A stretch of DNA of 64,000 bases from the NCBI GenBank assembly GCA_963818215.1, contig CAWFRL010000021.1, forward strand, positions 340,958 through 404,957, given 5' to 3'. The stretch is from Vicinamibacteria bacterium. Lineage in GTDB: Bacteria > Acidobacteriota > Vicinamibacteria > Vicinamibacterales > JAENWD01. Below the pieces are notes generated by a model. It saw nothing but the letters and a program-made list of their open reading frames with translations, had not been told where the DNA came from and did not search any database. The translations under genes were made by a program, and so were the position numbers. Positions within the stretch are counted from its first letter, which is position 1. Every line of letters begins with the position of its first letter. This document shows, piece after piece, positions 23,478 to 35,644 of the stretch.

Positions 23478-24376
23478 ATGGGCAACAACGCGCGGGCAGC
23501 GGCAGGGCTGGCATGTCTGGTCCTGTTTGGGGGCACGCCGGCACGGGCCGACGAGCCGTTCTGGAACTCCCGCCCGCTGAGCCACTGGGTCGGCGTCCTG
23601 CAGGCCGGCGATCTCGACGCCAGGACCGAAGCCGCGCGGGGCCTCACCGAGATTGCCATCGCCCACGGCGCGTCCGCAATCGTCCCGGCGCTTGCCTCAC
23701 CTCATCGACGCGCTTCACGCCGATGCCCCGCCACTGCGCGTGGCGGCGACCACCGCGCTCCAGCAGGCGGGTCCGCTCGCCGCGGCCGGCCGTTCCGACG
23801 TTGCTCGAGCTGTTCGAACAGGATCCCGATGCCGGCGTTCGTGCGCACGCCGGACTGGCCCTTTCGCAGGTGGCCCCGGCCGATACCGCCGTGGTGGAGG
23901 CGTGCGGCCGGGTGCTCGGTCGAGACGCCGACGCGCACGTGCGCCAGGCCGCCGCCGCCTCGCTCGTGCAGGCGGGGCCGGCCGCCAGGCCGTCGGGCCG
24001 GCGCTGCACGGCGCGATGCGCGACGGCGACGCCACTCGTGCGCGTGTTTGCCGCCGCCGCCGTGGGTCAGCTCGGCGAGACCAGCGCCGCCCTGCCGGTG
24101 CTGCTGGCCGGCCTGACGCACGAGGACCCCGCGGTGCGCGCCGAAGCCGCCGGGCTGCTCGCCAAGGTCGCGCCGGCCCATGCCGCCGCCGTGGCGCCGC
24201 TCATCTCGGCGCTGGCCGACGGCGACGCGCAGGTGCGGCAGGCGGCCGCCGAGGCGCTCGGGCAAATCGGCCAACCCGCCCGGCTCGCCCTCCAGCCCCT
24301 CTGGCGGCTGATTCGCGATCCCGACGAAGCGGTGCGCGAAAGCGCCGTGCGGGCCATCCGCAGGATTCGCGACTGA
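23478..24376 (+). CDS. Secreted HEAT-repeat protein
   Basis: Repeats such as DPDAGVRAHAGLAL, EDPAVRAEAAGLL, GDAQVRQAAAEALG. Confidence 0.85.
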
Positions 24377-24439
24377 CGCGCGCGCGTTTCGGGTATCGTG
24401 AACGGCGCGACATCGTCGCGTCTCTCACGGAGTCACTCC

Positions 24440-25265
24440 ATGCGTGCAATCGTCCGTCTCTCGAGCGTCCTGCTGCTGGCAGCGATCACCTCCGGCTGCA
24501 TCACCGCGCTCACCAGCATCAAGCTGCGGCCCGACGGCAGCGGCACCATCGAACAGACCCTCAGCATGAACGCCGCCGCCGCCGGCCAGTTTGCCGAGAT
24601 GGCCGGCGGGTTCAGCGACGCCGCGCCAGGCGCCAAGAAGGGCGAGCCGCCCGAGCTCTTCTCCGAGAAGGACATGAAGGAGGCCGCCGCGAAGTACGGC
24701 GAGGGCGTCGTCTTCGTGTCGTCCAAGCCAATCAAGACGGCCGACCGCGTCGGCCGCATCGCGACGTATCAGTTTGCCGACATCAGGACGCTGCGGATCG
24801 ACCAGAAGCCGCAGACCGGCGACATGCCGGGCACGTCGAGACAGCAAGGCCAAGGAAGACGTCCTCTTCCGGTTCGACAAGCAGCCCTCCGGCACGTCGC
24901 AGCTCACCGTCGTCTTCCCGGAAGGCAAGCTCGAAAAGGCACGCAAGGACGCGACGACCGACAAGGACGGCAAGAAGAAGTCGCTCGAGCCCGGTCAGCT
25001 CGAGATGATGAAGAAGCTCTTCGACGGCCTCAAGGTCGCCATCGACGTCGACGTGCTGGGCACCATCGTCAAGACCAACAGCCCCTACGTGCAGGGCTCG
25101 CGCGTGACGCTGCTCGAAATGGACTTCAGCCAGCTGCTGGCCAACGACCAGCTGCTGGCGCAGATTGGCGAACCCGGCTCGGTCGAGGAAGCCAAGCAGA
25201 TGCTCAAGAACGTGAAGGGGTTCAAGGTGAACCTCGATCGCGAGGTGACGATCGAATTCAAGTAG
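24440..25265 (+). CDS. Hypothetical lipoprotein
   Basis: Lipobox LAAITSGC; IKLRPDGSG motif; one frameshift; strong codon bias. Confidence 0.75.
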
Positions 25266-25278
25266 CGTCTACGACGCT

Positions 25279-25371
25279 AACCACGGAGGCACGAAGACAC
25301 GAGGACGCACAGAGCTTCTTGGGCAGCCCAAGAAACTCTGTGCGTCTCCGTGTCTCCGTGTCTCCGTGGTT
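25279..25371. repeat. 93-nt imperfect palindrome built from CACGGAGA octamers, between convergent genes
   Basis: Left arm aaccacggaggcacgaagacacgaggacgcacagag; core ttcttggg-cag-cccaagaa; right arm ctctgtgcgtctccgtgtctccgtgtctccgtggtt. Confidence 0.85.
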
Positions 25372-25392
25372 GACGTACGTCATCTTCGAGCG

Positions 25393-26058
25393 TCACGCCC
25401 GCGCGGCTTTCAGGGCGGCGACGTACTGGCGCGCGAGCGCCGTGATCTGCGCGAAGTCGCCCGAGTCGATCGCGGCCTTCGACACCAGCTCGCCGCCGAC
25501 GCCGACCGCCGACGGCGCCGGCCTTCACGAAGTCGCCGATCGTCTGCAGGTTCACGCCGCCGGTCGGGCAGAGCGGAATCTGCGGGAACGGACCCTTCAA
25601 CGCTTTCAGGTACGACGCGCCGCCGACGTTGCTGGCCGGGAAGATCTTGATGATGTCGCCGCCCAGCGACCACGCCGTGAAGACTTCGGTCGGCGTGATG
25701 GCGCCAGGCAGGACCGCGACGCCGCGCGCCTTGGCCACGGCGATCACATCGGGCACGACGCACGGCGTCACCAGGAACTCGGCGCCTGCGTCGATGGCGC
25801 CTTCGGCCAGCGCCCGGCTCGTCACGGTGCCGGCCCCGAGCAGCACCGATGTGCCGAACCGATCGGCGACACTGCCGAATCGCGCCCAGCGCGTCGGGCA
25901 CGGTCATCGTGATCTCGAGCGTGCGGATGCCCGCCGTCGACCAGCGCCTCGACGATGCGCAGGGCGATGGCCGCCGATTCCGCGCGGATGACGGGCACCA
26001 GGCCCTCGGACGTGAGCTGGTCGAGGACGTCGGCCTTGCTGCGGGTCGGGGAGGGCAT
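25393..26058 (-). CDS. eda: KDPG/KHG aldolase (frameshifted)
   Basis: LVPVIRA, EITMTVPDA, LGAGTV, GAEFLVTP, PGAITPTEV, KIFPA, PTGGVN. Confidence 0.92.
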
Positions 26059-26272
26059 GGCAGATTCTAGCTGGCCGACCAGGCTCGTCATCGACGTGTC
26101 GGCCAGCCGATACGTGGCGCGCACAGGTGGTCGGACCACTCGCGCGCAACATCGTGCAATGGCGCGCAACTGCATGACAGTGCTGGCAGTTGGCCCTGCC
26201 CTTCGCATCTAGAAGACGTGGCGAGCCGTCCCTTCATCCCATCATTGGCGGACGGCCGTTGCGCCTCCAGGC

Positions 26273-26299
26273 GAACTTGCCCGGAGACCGCACCGTATC
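26273..26299 (+). promoter_or_regulatory. Putative ECF-sigma promoter
   Basis: GAAC-N17-CGTATC, same architecture as the element at 63590-63617. Confidence 0.5.
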
Positions 26300-26330
26300 A
26301 ATAAGTGAACATCACGACAGGAAGGCAATC

Positions 26331-26423
26331 ATGAATCGGTTCGAATGGACGTTCTCTGGCAGCGCGGAATTGGTCACCGGCTTGCTGCTGGCGGCCATCA
26401 TCATCGTCGCGGCGTTCGCGTAA
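26331..26423 (+). CDS. Small 30-aa single-TM peptide
   Basis: RBS AGGAAGG; MNRFEWTFSGSAELVTGLLLAAIIIVAAFA*. Confidence 0.5.
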   Translation: MNRFEWTFSGSAELVTGLLLAAIIIVAAFA

Positions 26424-26476
26424 GCCGCGTGCGGAGCGTGAAGACCCGACTGCGGTAGCCAGTAGCCCGTATGTGG

Positions 26477-27383
26477 CTACTGGGTGCCGCTGGTCGGCGC
26501 CAGGTAGCTCTTGCGCGCCCGCGCAGCCATCCCGAGCTTCTTCACGCGCACTTCGAGCTTGTGCAGCTTGCCGTCGGTCGCCGGCGGGAATCCCAGCACG
26601 TACTGGCTGTGAAGCTCCTGCGCGACGCGGGTGAAGGTCGGTCCGAGGTCGTCGGTCTTCTTCAGCTCGAAGTAGCCGCCGCCGGTTTCGTCCGACAAGC
26701 TTCCTGAGTCCGCGATCCGGTTTCGTGCGCACGCTGGTACTGCCCGTTGAAGTACTCGCTCTCCAGGCCGATCGTGTAGATCATCACCTCGTCGGCGCGG
26801 GCCTGATCGAGCACTTTGCCCATGCCGATCTTGCTCGCCGTGTCGTCGCCGTCGGTGAACACCAGGACGACGCGGCGTCCCTGCACTTCCTGCAACTGCT
26901 GGATGCCCGCCTCGATCGCATCGTAGAGGCGCGTGGAGTTGCCGAACCCCAGCTCCTTGATCGCGGCGGCCAGCTCGTCGCGGTCCGACGTGAAGGTCGA
27001 GATCGGAAACTGGATCTTGTCGCTGAACGCGCCCAGCATGCCGCGGTCTTCTGGCAGCAGACGGATCACGAACTGCTCGGCGGCGTCCTTCAGCAGGTCG
27101 AGCGCCAGCGTCATGCTCCCGCTGGTGTCGAGCATCGCGACGACCGAGAACGGCTCGGGCTCGTTGCTGAACAGCGACAGCGTCACCGGCTTGCCGTTGT
27201 CGAACACCTCGAAGTCGTCGCGTCCCAGGTCGGGCGACCAGGCGCTTGTCGGCGTCGACGACGGTGACATAGAGCGGCACCACCTGCGTGCCGGCCTTGA
27301 ACGTGGGCTGCTGGGCGGCAAGCGCGAGCGGGCAGGGCCGCAGCGGCGGCGAAGACAAACACGAGCCGGCGGGACATTCGCAT
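26477..27383 (-). CDS. Acidobacterial-type VWA domain protein
   Basis: QQPTFKAGTQVV.LYVTV.D, MIDAS DTSGS, T.LYDAI, FTDGDD, ETGG, ELHSQYVLG, RARKSY. Confidence 0.9.
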
Positions 27384-27471
27384 CACAACTCCACGGTCAC
27401 TATCGCACAGTTAGGACGCCCGGCCCACCACGACAGTTCGGCTATACTCCGTCACTTTTTGCGGAGGGTGC

Positions 27472-30110
27472 ATGAGGCTGGCGACCGGTGTGGTGGTGGC
27501 GCTGCTGCTGACGACGGGCAGCGGCGCGGCCCAGGAACTCTGGCCAGGCGCGACCTACGACGCCGGCGATTCCCACCATCAAGTCCGTGCTGGGACACGA
27601 CTTCGGGGAGGAAATCAGCTCGCCCGAAGAGATCGCCATCTACCTCAGGGCGCTGGCCGCCGCGGCGCCCGATCGCACGCGCCTGGTCGAATACGCCCGC
27701 ACCTGGGAAGGCCGGCCGCTGCACGTGCTGGCCATCGCCTCGCCCGCCCGCATCGGCCGGCTCGACCAGATCAAGGCCGACCTCAAGCGCCTGGCCGACC
27801 CGCGCACGTTGTCGGCCGCCGACGAGTCGCGGCTGCTCGGCGAACTGCCCGTGGTGACATGGCTGATGCACGCCGTCCACGGCAACGAGATCTCGTCGTC
27901 CGATGCCGCGCTGGCCGAGGCCTACCACCTGCTGGCCGCGCGCGGCGACGCGATGGTCGACACGATCCTTCGCGAGTCGATCGTGCTCATCGATCCGCTC
28001 GAGAACCCGGACGGCCGCTCGCGCTTTCTCTTCCAGAACAAGCTGGGACGCGCGGCCACGCCGGATGGCGAGCGCCTGAGCGCGGAGCACGACGAGCCGT
28101 GGCCCGGCGGCCGGTCGAACCACTACCTGTTCGACATGAACCGCGACTGGTTCGCGCAGACGCAGCCCGAGACGCGTGGCCGGCTGACGGTCGCGCTCGA
28201 CTACTTCCCGCACGTCGTCGTGGACCTGCACGAAATGGGCGGCGACTCGTCGTACTACTTCGCGCCGCCGGCCGATCCGCTCAACCCCTTCATCACGCCC
28301 GACCAGATCCGCTGGCTCGAGACGTTCGGCCGCGCCAACGCCGCGCGCTTCGACGATCGCGGCTTCGCGTACTTCATCCGCGAGGTCTACGACTCCTTCT
28401 ATCCCGGCTACGGCGAGTCGTGGCCGATCTTCAACGGCGCCATCGGCATGACGTACGAGCAGGCGTCGGCGCGCGGCCTGGTCTTCACGCGCGACGACGA
28501 CACGACCCTGACGTATCGCCAGGGCGTCGTCCATCACTTCAACGCCGCCATCACGACCGCTTACACCGCGGCCGGCAATCGCGAGCGCCTGCTGCGCGAC
28601 TTCCTCGAGTACCGCCGCTCGGCTATCGCCGAGGGCGAGAAAACGCCGGCGCGCGAGTACGTGCTGCTGCCGGGCAACGACCCGGGAATGGCAGCGCGGC
28701 TGGCGCGGAACCTGGCAGGGCAGGGCATCGACGTGCGGATGGCGAGCGAGGCGTTCAAGGTCGGCACGCGCGAGGTTCCCGCCGGCGCGTACCTCGTCTC
28801 GGCGGCGCAGCCCTCCGGCCGGCTCGTCCGCAACCTGCTCGACACGCACGTGCCGCAGCCCGAGGCGTTCGTGAAGGAACAGGATCGCCGCCGCAAGAAG
28901 CGGCTCGGCGATCAGATCTACGACGTCACGGGCTGGAGCCTGCCGGCCCTCTTCGACGTGGACGTCATCACGAGCGCGCAGGCGCTGACGCCCGCGTCAA
29001 CGCCCGTCAGCGCGACGCCCGCGCCAGTCGCGGCCGCGCTGCCGCCGGCCAAGGTCGCCTACCTCCTGCCGTGGGGCAGCGAGACGCCGGGCGCCGTGAA
29101 CGCGCTGCTCCGGGCGGGCGTGAAGGTGCACCAGGCCAGCCGCAGCCTCACGATCGGCGCCAGGACCTATGCGGCGGGCACCGCGATCGTTCGCGTGGCG
29201 GAGCTCGGCGCGGGCCATCGCGAGACGCTGGCTGCCATCGTCGCGCGGCACGGCGTGCCCGTCGTCGCGCTCGACAGCGGATGGGTCGATCGCGGCGTGT
29301 CGCTCGGCTCGGGCGACGTCGCCGCGCTGAAGGCCCCGCGCGTCGTGCTGGCGTGGGACGCGCCGACGTCGAGTCTGTCTGCCGGGTGGACGCGCTACGT
29401 GCTCGAGCGCCGGTTCGGGTTCACGGTCAGCGCGGTGCGCGTGTCCTCGCTCGGGCGGCTCGACCTCGACAAGGTCGACGTGCTGGTGCTGCCGCAAGGG
29501 CTCCTACGCCAACGCGTTCAACGACGACGCGGTGCGGAGGTTGCGCGAGTGGATGCGCGGCGGCGGCACGCTGGTGACGCTCGGCGAGGCCTCGCGGTGG
29601 GCGGCGGGCGAGAAGGTGGGCCTGCTCGACACCCGGCCTGAACTTGCGCGGCGGCAAGCCTGACGTCGAAGAGAAGGACAAGAAGCCGACCGACCCGCCG
29701 CAGCCTTTCGACTACGACAAGGCCGTGCAGCCGGAACGCGAGCGCCCCGAGAACATCCCCGGCGCGGTGGTCCGCGTGCGGCTCGACCTCGAGCACTGGC
29801 TCGCATCCGGCACCGACGGCGAGATCCAGGCCATCGTCGAGGGCCAGCGCGTGTTCACGCCGCTCAAGCTCGACAAGGGCACCAACGTCGGCACCTACGC
29901 CGCCAAGGACAAGCTCGTGGTCGGCGGACTGGCGTGGGACGAGGCGCAGTCACAGCTGGCGCAGAAGGCGTTCCTGATGCACCAGGCCGTCGGCCAGGGC
30001 CACATCATCGCGTTTGCCGAGGAGCCGAACTACCGCGCGTTCACCGAAGCGACGCAGCTGCTGTTTGCCAATGCGGTGTTGCTGGGGGTGGCGTACTGGC
30101 AGCCGGCTGA
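27472..30110 (+). CDS. M14 family zinc carboxypeptidase with C-terminal GATase-like domain (3' end approximate)
   Basis: VHGNEIS, ENPDG, GRSNHYLFDMNRDW, DLHEMG, GMTYEQ, YDVTGWSLP. Confidence 0.9.
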
Positions 30111-30179
30111 CCGTGCGATGCGTGCGCGAGCGCTCCTGGGCGAACCGGCCGCATCGAGGCCGCGTCCTCCCCGTGCGAG

Positions 30180-31433
30180 TCCGCGACCATGTCACCGCCA
30201 CCGACGGCGGCTCGCTCTTCAACGACGCCGCCACCGCCTCGGCCTTCCGCATGACGCGCAGGATGTTGAGGCTCAGAATCTTCTTGATGTCCTCGTCGCC
30301 ATAGCCGCGGCGGAGAAGTTCCGCCGTCAGGGCCGGATACTTCGACACGTCCTCCAACCCCTCGACGACGGTGTCGATGCCGTCGAAGTCGCCGCCGAGC
30401 GCCGATGTGATCGATGCCGGCGACCTTGCGGATGTGGTCGATGTGGTCGGCCACCATCGACAGCGTCGCCTTCGGCGCCGGATGCGTCTTCCGGTACTCG
30501 GCCACGGCGGCCCGCAGCTTCTCCGGCTCGCCGGCGTACTGCTCCTGCAGCTTCGTCGAACATCGCGTATTCTTCCAGGTAGTTGGCGCCGCCAGCCGGC
30601 GCGATGAAGCTCGGCACGAAGGTCACCATGACGACGCCGCCGTTGGCCGGCAGCTGCTTCAGGATCTCGTCGGGCACGTTGCGCGGATGACGGGCAGACG
30701 CCCCGCGCCGACGAGTGCGAGAAGATCACCGGCGCGCGCGTGACGCGAATGGCGTCGGCCATCGTGTCGGCCGAGACGTGGCTGAGGTCGACGAGCATCC
30801 CCAGCCGGTTCATCTCGCGCACGACCTGCTCGCCAAACGGCGACAGCCCGCCAAGGACCGGCTTGTCGGTGGCCGCATCGGCCCACGGCACGTTCTTGCT
30901 GTGCGTGAGCGTCATGTAGCCCGCGCCGAGGGCGTGCATCATGCGCAGCGCCGCCAGCGACGAGTCGATGGAGTGCCCGCCTTCCATCCCGATCATCGAC
31001 GCGATCTTGCCGGCCTTGAAGGCCCGCTCCACGTCGTCTGCCGTTCGTGCCAGCGCCAGCGTGTCCGGGTACTTCGCGACCATGCGGTGGACGATGTCGA
31101 TCTGCTCGAGGGTCGCGCGCACGGCCTCCTTCCCCTGCATCGTGGCGGGGACGTAGACCGACCAGAACTGCCCGCCGACGCCGCCGGCGCGCAGGCGCGC
31201 GATGTCGGTCATCAGCGACGGCTGCGGCTGCCGGATGTCCAGGACGTTCAGATCGCGGCCGGGGCTCTTCTCGCGGAGCGCCCACGGGTAGTCGTTGTGG
31301 CCGTCGATGACGGGGGCGGCCTTGTGCAGGGCCGCGGCACGATCGGCCAGGCTCGAGGCGGACTGTGCCGGACAGGCCGGCGACGGCCGCGGCGACGACG
31401 GCGAGAAGAGTGCGACGCTCGGCGAAAGGTCAT
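30180..31433 (-). CDS. Membrane dipeptidase (M19), 3' end approximate
   Basis: [41 protein letters not shown]. Confidence 0.92.
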
Positions 31434-31534
31434 GGCGCACATTCTACGGCCTGCTTGACCGGTGTCGCCGCTCCCTGGCTTCACCTTTCGCCCGGCACCT
31501 CGCCGGCAGCTCGCGGTCCTGCTAGAGTCTTCGA

Positions 31535-32822
31535 ATGCGCCGACACGCCGTCATCGTCTCGTTGTTGCTGGCCGCTGCCGATACGTCGGCGGCACAGACG
31601 CTGTCCGATCTCGCCGCCCAGCGTGCCGAGGTCGACCGGCATCGCCGCGGATCTGCACCCGAAGGTCGTCGAGACGCGGCGCGACATCCACGTGCATCCC
31701 GAGCTCGGCTACCGGGAGACGCGGACCGCCGACGCTCATCGCCGATCGGCTGCGCGCGCTCGGGTTCGACGAGGTCAGGACAGGCATCGGCAAGACCGGC
31801 GTGGTCGGCATCCTCAAGGGCGGGCGCCCGGGCAAGGTGGTTGCCGTGCGCGCCGACATGGACGCGCTGCCCATTCCCGAGCTGATCGACGTGCCGTACA
31901 AGTCCACCGTGGATGAGCGTGAAGCACGCCTGCGGACACGACGCCCATGTCGCCATCGCGCTTGGCGTCGCCGAACTGCTGTCGCGTATGCGGGCGCAGG
32001 TGCCGGGCACGGTGCTGATGCTGTTCCAGCCAGCCGAGGAAGGCGATCCCGACGGCGGCCGCACCGGCGCGCTGCGGATGCTCGACGACGGGCTGTTTGC
32101 CAATCCGAGGCCGAGCGCGATCTTCGGAATGCACGTGATGCCGACGATCGACGCCGGCACGATCGGCCTGAACATCGGGCCGGCGATGGCCAGCGCCGAT
32201 CGCTTCACGCTGACGGTCATCGGCCAGAAAACGCACGGCGCCTACCCGCACACGGGCATCGATCCGGTCCCGATAGCCGCGCAGATCGTCACGGCGCTGC
32301 AGACCATCCCCAGCCGGCAGATCAACGCGGTCTCGCCGACCGTGGTCTCGGTCGGCGAGATCAAGGGCGGCAACCGCTACAACATCATCGCGGACAGAGT
32401 CGAGCTCACCGGGACCGTGCGCACGTTGAGCAAGGACGGGCCGGCGACGGTGCGCGCGAAGATGGAGGCGATCGCCAAGGGGGTCACCGGCGCGTACGGC
32501 GCCACCTACACGCTCGAACTACGTCGAGGGCACCGCCGTGACGTTCAACGAGCCGGCGCTGGCCCGGCAGACGCGCGGCGTCCTGGCCGCCGTCGCGGGC
32601 GAGACCAAGGTGATCGAGCCGCCGCCGCAAATGGGGGCCGAGGACTTCTCGTACTACCAGAAGGAGATGCCGGGCGTGTTCTTCTTCCTCGGCGTGCGCA
32701 ACGACGCCAAGAAGATCACCGCGATGGTGCACACCGAGTACTTCGATCTCGACGAGGACACGCTCCAGCTCGGCGTCCGGGCGATGAGCACGACGGTGCT
32801 CGACTACCTGCAGAGAGACTGA
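31535..32822 (+). CDS. M20D amidohydrolase
   Basis: RRDIH.HPELG, RADMDALP, HACGHD.H, FQPAEEG, GAEDFSYY. Confidence 0.92.
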
Positions 32823-33870
32823 CCGCGCAGTCGGCGATGGTCCGACTCGGCGCGGCGGGCCACCACCGTCGCCGCCGACGTGGGACCTCCCACCGACAGC
32901 CGGGGCCCAGATCCTTCGAACGAGTCGATCGCGGTGGCAAGGGCGGCGCAGTTGCGCTCGATGGCCGCCAGGCTCGTGGCCCAGTCCAGGGCTTCAAGGG
33001 ACTGGGCGCCCCAACCCGGGCCATGTGGGCGTGCGCGTCCAGCATTCCGCCGCGCGGACCATGTCGCTGATGCTTTGGGAGACGCCTGCCGCCGTCCGCA
33101 AGGTCTGGCAGGCGGCGATTCCTCCGGCACCGGCGGCGGCCGCCCCGCTGTAGGCCTCATACGCGGGTGGCAGGGCGTAGGGCGTCGGGCCTCCGCTGGG
33201 CGGCAGCGGGGCGCTGCTGCCGGGATACGACGCCCCGGGCGGCGGGCCACCAGGGCCCGACCCTGGATACGGTCTCGGGGGGTCTGGCCCCCGTACCTGG
33301 TGCGGACCAGGACTCCAGGCTCGGCCCGATCACGGGACGGCCCGGCGCGGCCGCGTCGGCCACGCGCAGCGCCATGTCAATCGACGCGTCGCTGACCTCG
33401 CCTTGTCCGCTGGCGGCGCGGACGAGCGCGTTCAGCTCGTCCTGCACTTCCGGCAGCCAGACGCTCGAGCCCCGAGCGTCCCCCTCGCGACTGAAGCTGC
33501 CCGAGCGCCCGTTGCGCCTCGGTCAGGCCAGCCAGGCGCTCTCGCGGCATCAGGCCAAACGGCGTGCGGTCGACCAGCCGGGCGTACCACACGTCCACGA
33601 GGACTCGCAGCGAGTCGACCAGCTCGTCATCGGTCGCCGACGGTCCGAGCGCGGCGCGAGGCGACCTGGGGAGTTCCCGAGCGGAGCCGCTGCAGGTCGC
33701 GCCGATCGGCCGCAAGCGCGAGCCCATCGGCCGGGTCGGCGACATGCTGGCGCAGATGGCGCACAAGGGCGACCTCGCGCTGTCGTTGTTCGAGGAGGAT
33801 GGGGGAGGGGCCCTGTGCTGAGCGTCACCGCGTCAGCACCGGCACACGCCAGTCCGATCACAATCACGAA
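32819..33870 (-). CDS. Hypothetical secreted protein (heavily frameshifted, boundaries uncertain)
   Basis: Successive minus-strand ORF fragments (33550-33891, 33377-33766, 33157-33447, 32716-33045) fill the gap; hydrophobic N-terminus; no family recognised. Confidence 0.35.
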
Positions 33871-33896
33871 GGCACGAAGGCACGATGGCACGATGG
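33865..33896. repeat. Octamer tandem repeat CACGA(A/T)GG x4
   Basis: cacgaagg cacgaagg cacgatgg cacgatgg. Confidence 0.85.
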
Positions 33897-33943
33897 CAAT
33901 CCTCGTTGGCGCGGTGGAATCCGATCGAATCCGCGAAATTTCT

Positions 33944-33975
33944 CAATCTGCAATCTGCAATCTGCAATCTGCAAT
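33944..33975. repeat. Heptamer tandem repeat CAATCTG x4.5
   Basis: caatctg caatctg caatctg caatctg caat, immediately before the -10 TAGGAT of the OsmC gene. Confidence 0.9.
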
Positions 33976-33986
33976 AGGATACCCCC

Positions 33987-34403
33987 ATGCCGGTCAAGCC
34001 TCCGACCGTCGTCACCGCCGAGTGGACGGGCGAGCTGGCGTTCACGATTCGCGCCGGCGACCACGCGATTGTCACCGACGGCGACTCGGCGCAGGGGCTC
34101 TCGCCGGTGCAGTTGCTGGGCGCCGCGCTGGCCGGGTGCATGGCCACCGACGTCGCGCTCATCCTGACGCGCGGGCGCCAGCCCCTCAAGAACCTCGTCG
34201 TCTCGCTGTCGGCGCGTCGCGCCGATCACGACCCTCACCGCGTTCTTGGTGTCCAGCTGCATTTCGCCGTCGGCGGCGACGTCAACCCGGCGCAGCTCGA
34301 CCGCGCCGTCCAGCTCTCGCGCGAAAAATATTGCTCGGTCTGGCACTCGATGCGTGAGGACATCACGCTCGACGCCACGACGAGCATCGACCCGGCTGCC
34401 TGA
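33987..34403 (+). CDS. OsmC family protein
   Basis: SPVQLLGAALAGC...LSREKYCSV; two conserved Cys. Confidence 0.9.
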   Translation: MPVKPPTVVTAEWTGELAFTIRAGDHAIVTDGDSAQGLSPVQLLGAALAGCMATDVALILTRGRQPLKNLVVSLSARRADHDPHRVLGVQLHFAVGGDVNPAQLDRAVQLSREKYCSVWHSMREDITLDATTSIDPAA

Positions 34404-34407
34404 ACCC

Positions 34408-35503
34408 GTGAGCGCGTCGCCTGCCCAAGGCCGTCTCGGGTATCTGGACTGGCTGCGGGGCCTCACCGTGCTCGTGATGATCGAAGCGCACGCCTTCGAT
34501 GCCTGGACCTTGCCGCACGAGAAGGCGCGCGCCGCGTATGGCTGGCTGATGGTCCTGGGCGGCATGGCCGCGCCAGCCTTCCTGTTCATGGCCGGTATCG
34601 CCGTCGCGCTGGGAGCCGCTGCGCAGATGCGGCGGGGCCGCTCGCCGGTTGAGGCGGCCAGGCTCGTCGAACGTCGCGGCTGGCAGATTTTTCTCTACGC
34701 GTTTCTCTTCCGCCTCCAGTCCTACGCGCTCGGAGGGTTCTCGAACGCCGCTGGCCTGCTCAAGGTCGACATCCTGAACATCATGGGGCCGGCCATTGTC
34801 GCGGCGGCCTGCGTCTGGCGTCTGCCTGGCACCCGCTTGCGCCGTGCCCTGGTCCTGACAGCCGCCGCGGCGCTCATCTCGATGTCGACGCCTGCTATCC
34901 GCGACGCCGGATGGCTGTCGGCGTGGCCGGACCCGCTCGAGTGGTATTTCAGGCCCGACCCCGGCAAGGGCACTTTCACCCTGTTTCCGTGGGCGGGTTT
35001 CGTCCTGGCGGGAGCGGTCCTGGGGCTGGCCCTGGACGGTGGGCGTGCCTGGGCGCCCTGGCGGCTTCAGGCGGCCATCGCCGCTGCAGGCATCGCCCTC
35101 GGGGCGGCGTCCTATTGGGCTTCGTGGCAGCCTGCGCTGTTCCCGACGCGCGCGGTTCTGGACCACCTCACCGGCGTTCTTCGGCTTGCGCGTCGGGCTG
35201 CTGGTCGTTCTGGTCGCCGTGGCGTGGCTCTGGTCGGTCAGGCCATGGCCGCGACTCATCGACTCCCGACCGCTGGAGGTGCTGGGCGTCGGGTCGCTGT
35301 TTGTCTACTGGGTCCATGTCGAGCTTGTCTATGGGGGGGCCACGCTTCCCCTTCGGCGCCAGCTCACCCTCGAGCAGGCCGCGGTCGCCTGGGTGCTCTT
35401 CACCGGAGGCATGTATTTGTTATTGCTGGGGTGGAACCATCTGGGCCCTGCCCGCGCCAAATTTCGTGAATCATTTCTAAACCCGTTGCTGTCAAGGGCT
35501 TAG
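34408..35503 (+). CDS. DUF1624 / heparan-alpha-glucosaminide N-acetyltransferase-like membrane protein
   Basis: LDWLRGL.VL.MI.AH, AAPAFLF.AG, DILNIMG, FPW.GF, SLFVYW.H. Confidence 0.82.
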
Positions 35504-35570
35504 TCCAGATAAGCTCGCTTGGATAGGCCCCGAAGCCCCGTCGGTTGCACGACCCGAGGGTCATGCCCGG

Positions 35571-35599
35571 TTGAGATCGGCTGAAGGCGTCGATACAAT
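35571..35599 (+). promoter_or_regulatory. Sigma70 promoter of the DGQHR gene
   Basis: TTGAGA-N17-TACAAT. Confidence 0.55.
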
Positions 35600-35644
35600 C
35601 CCGGTCTTTTGAGGCCAAAAGGCGCACCAGGAACCCAGAGAGCC

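Noticed and set aside
29950-30582. Apparent long overlap of the convergent M14 peptidase and dipeptidase (and of fabI with the oxidoreductase at 54988-55054)
   Set aside because: Homology ends before the overlap; the run-on tails most likely result from indels near the true stop codons.
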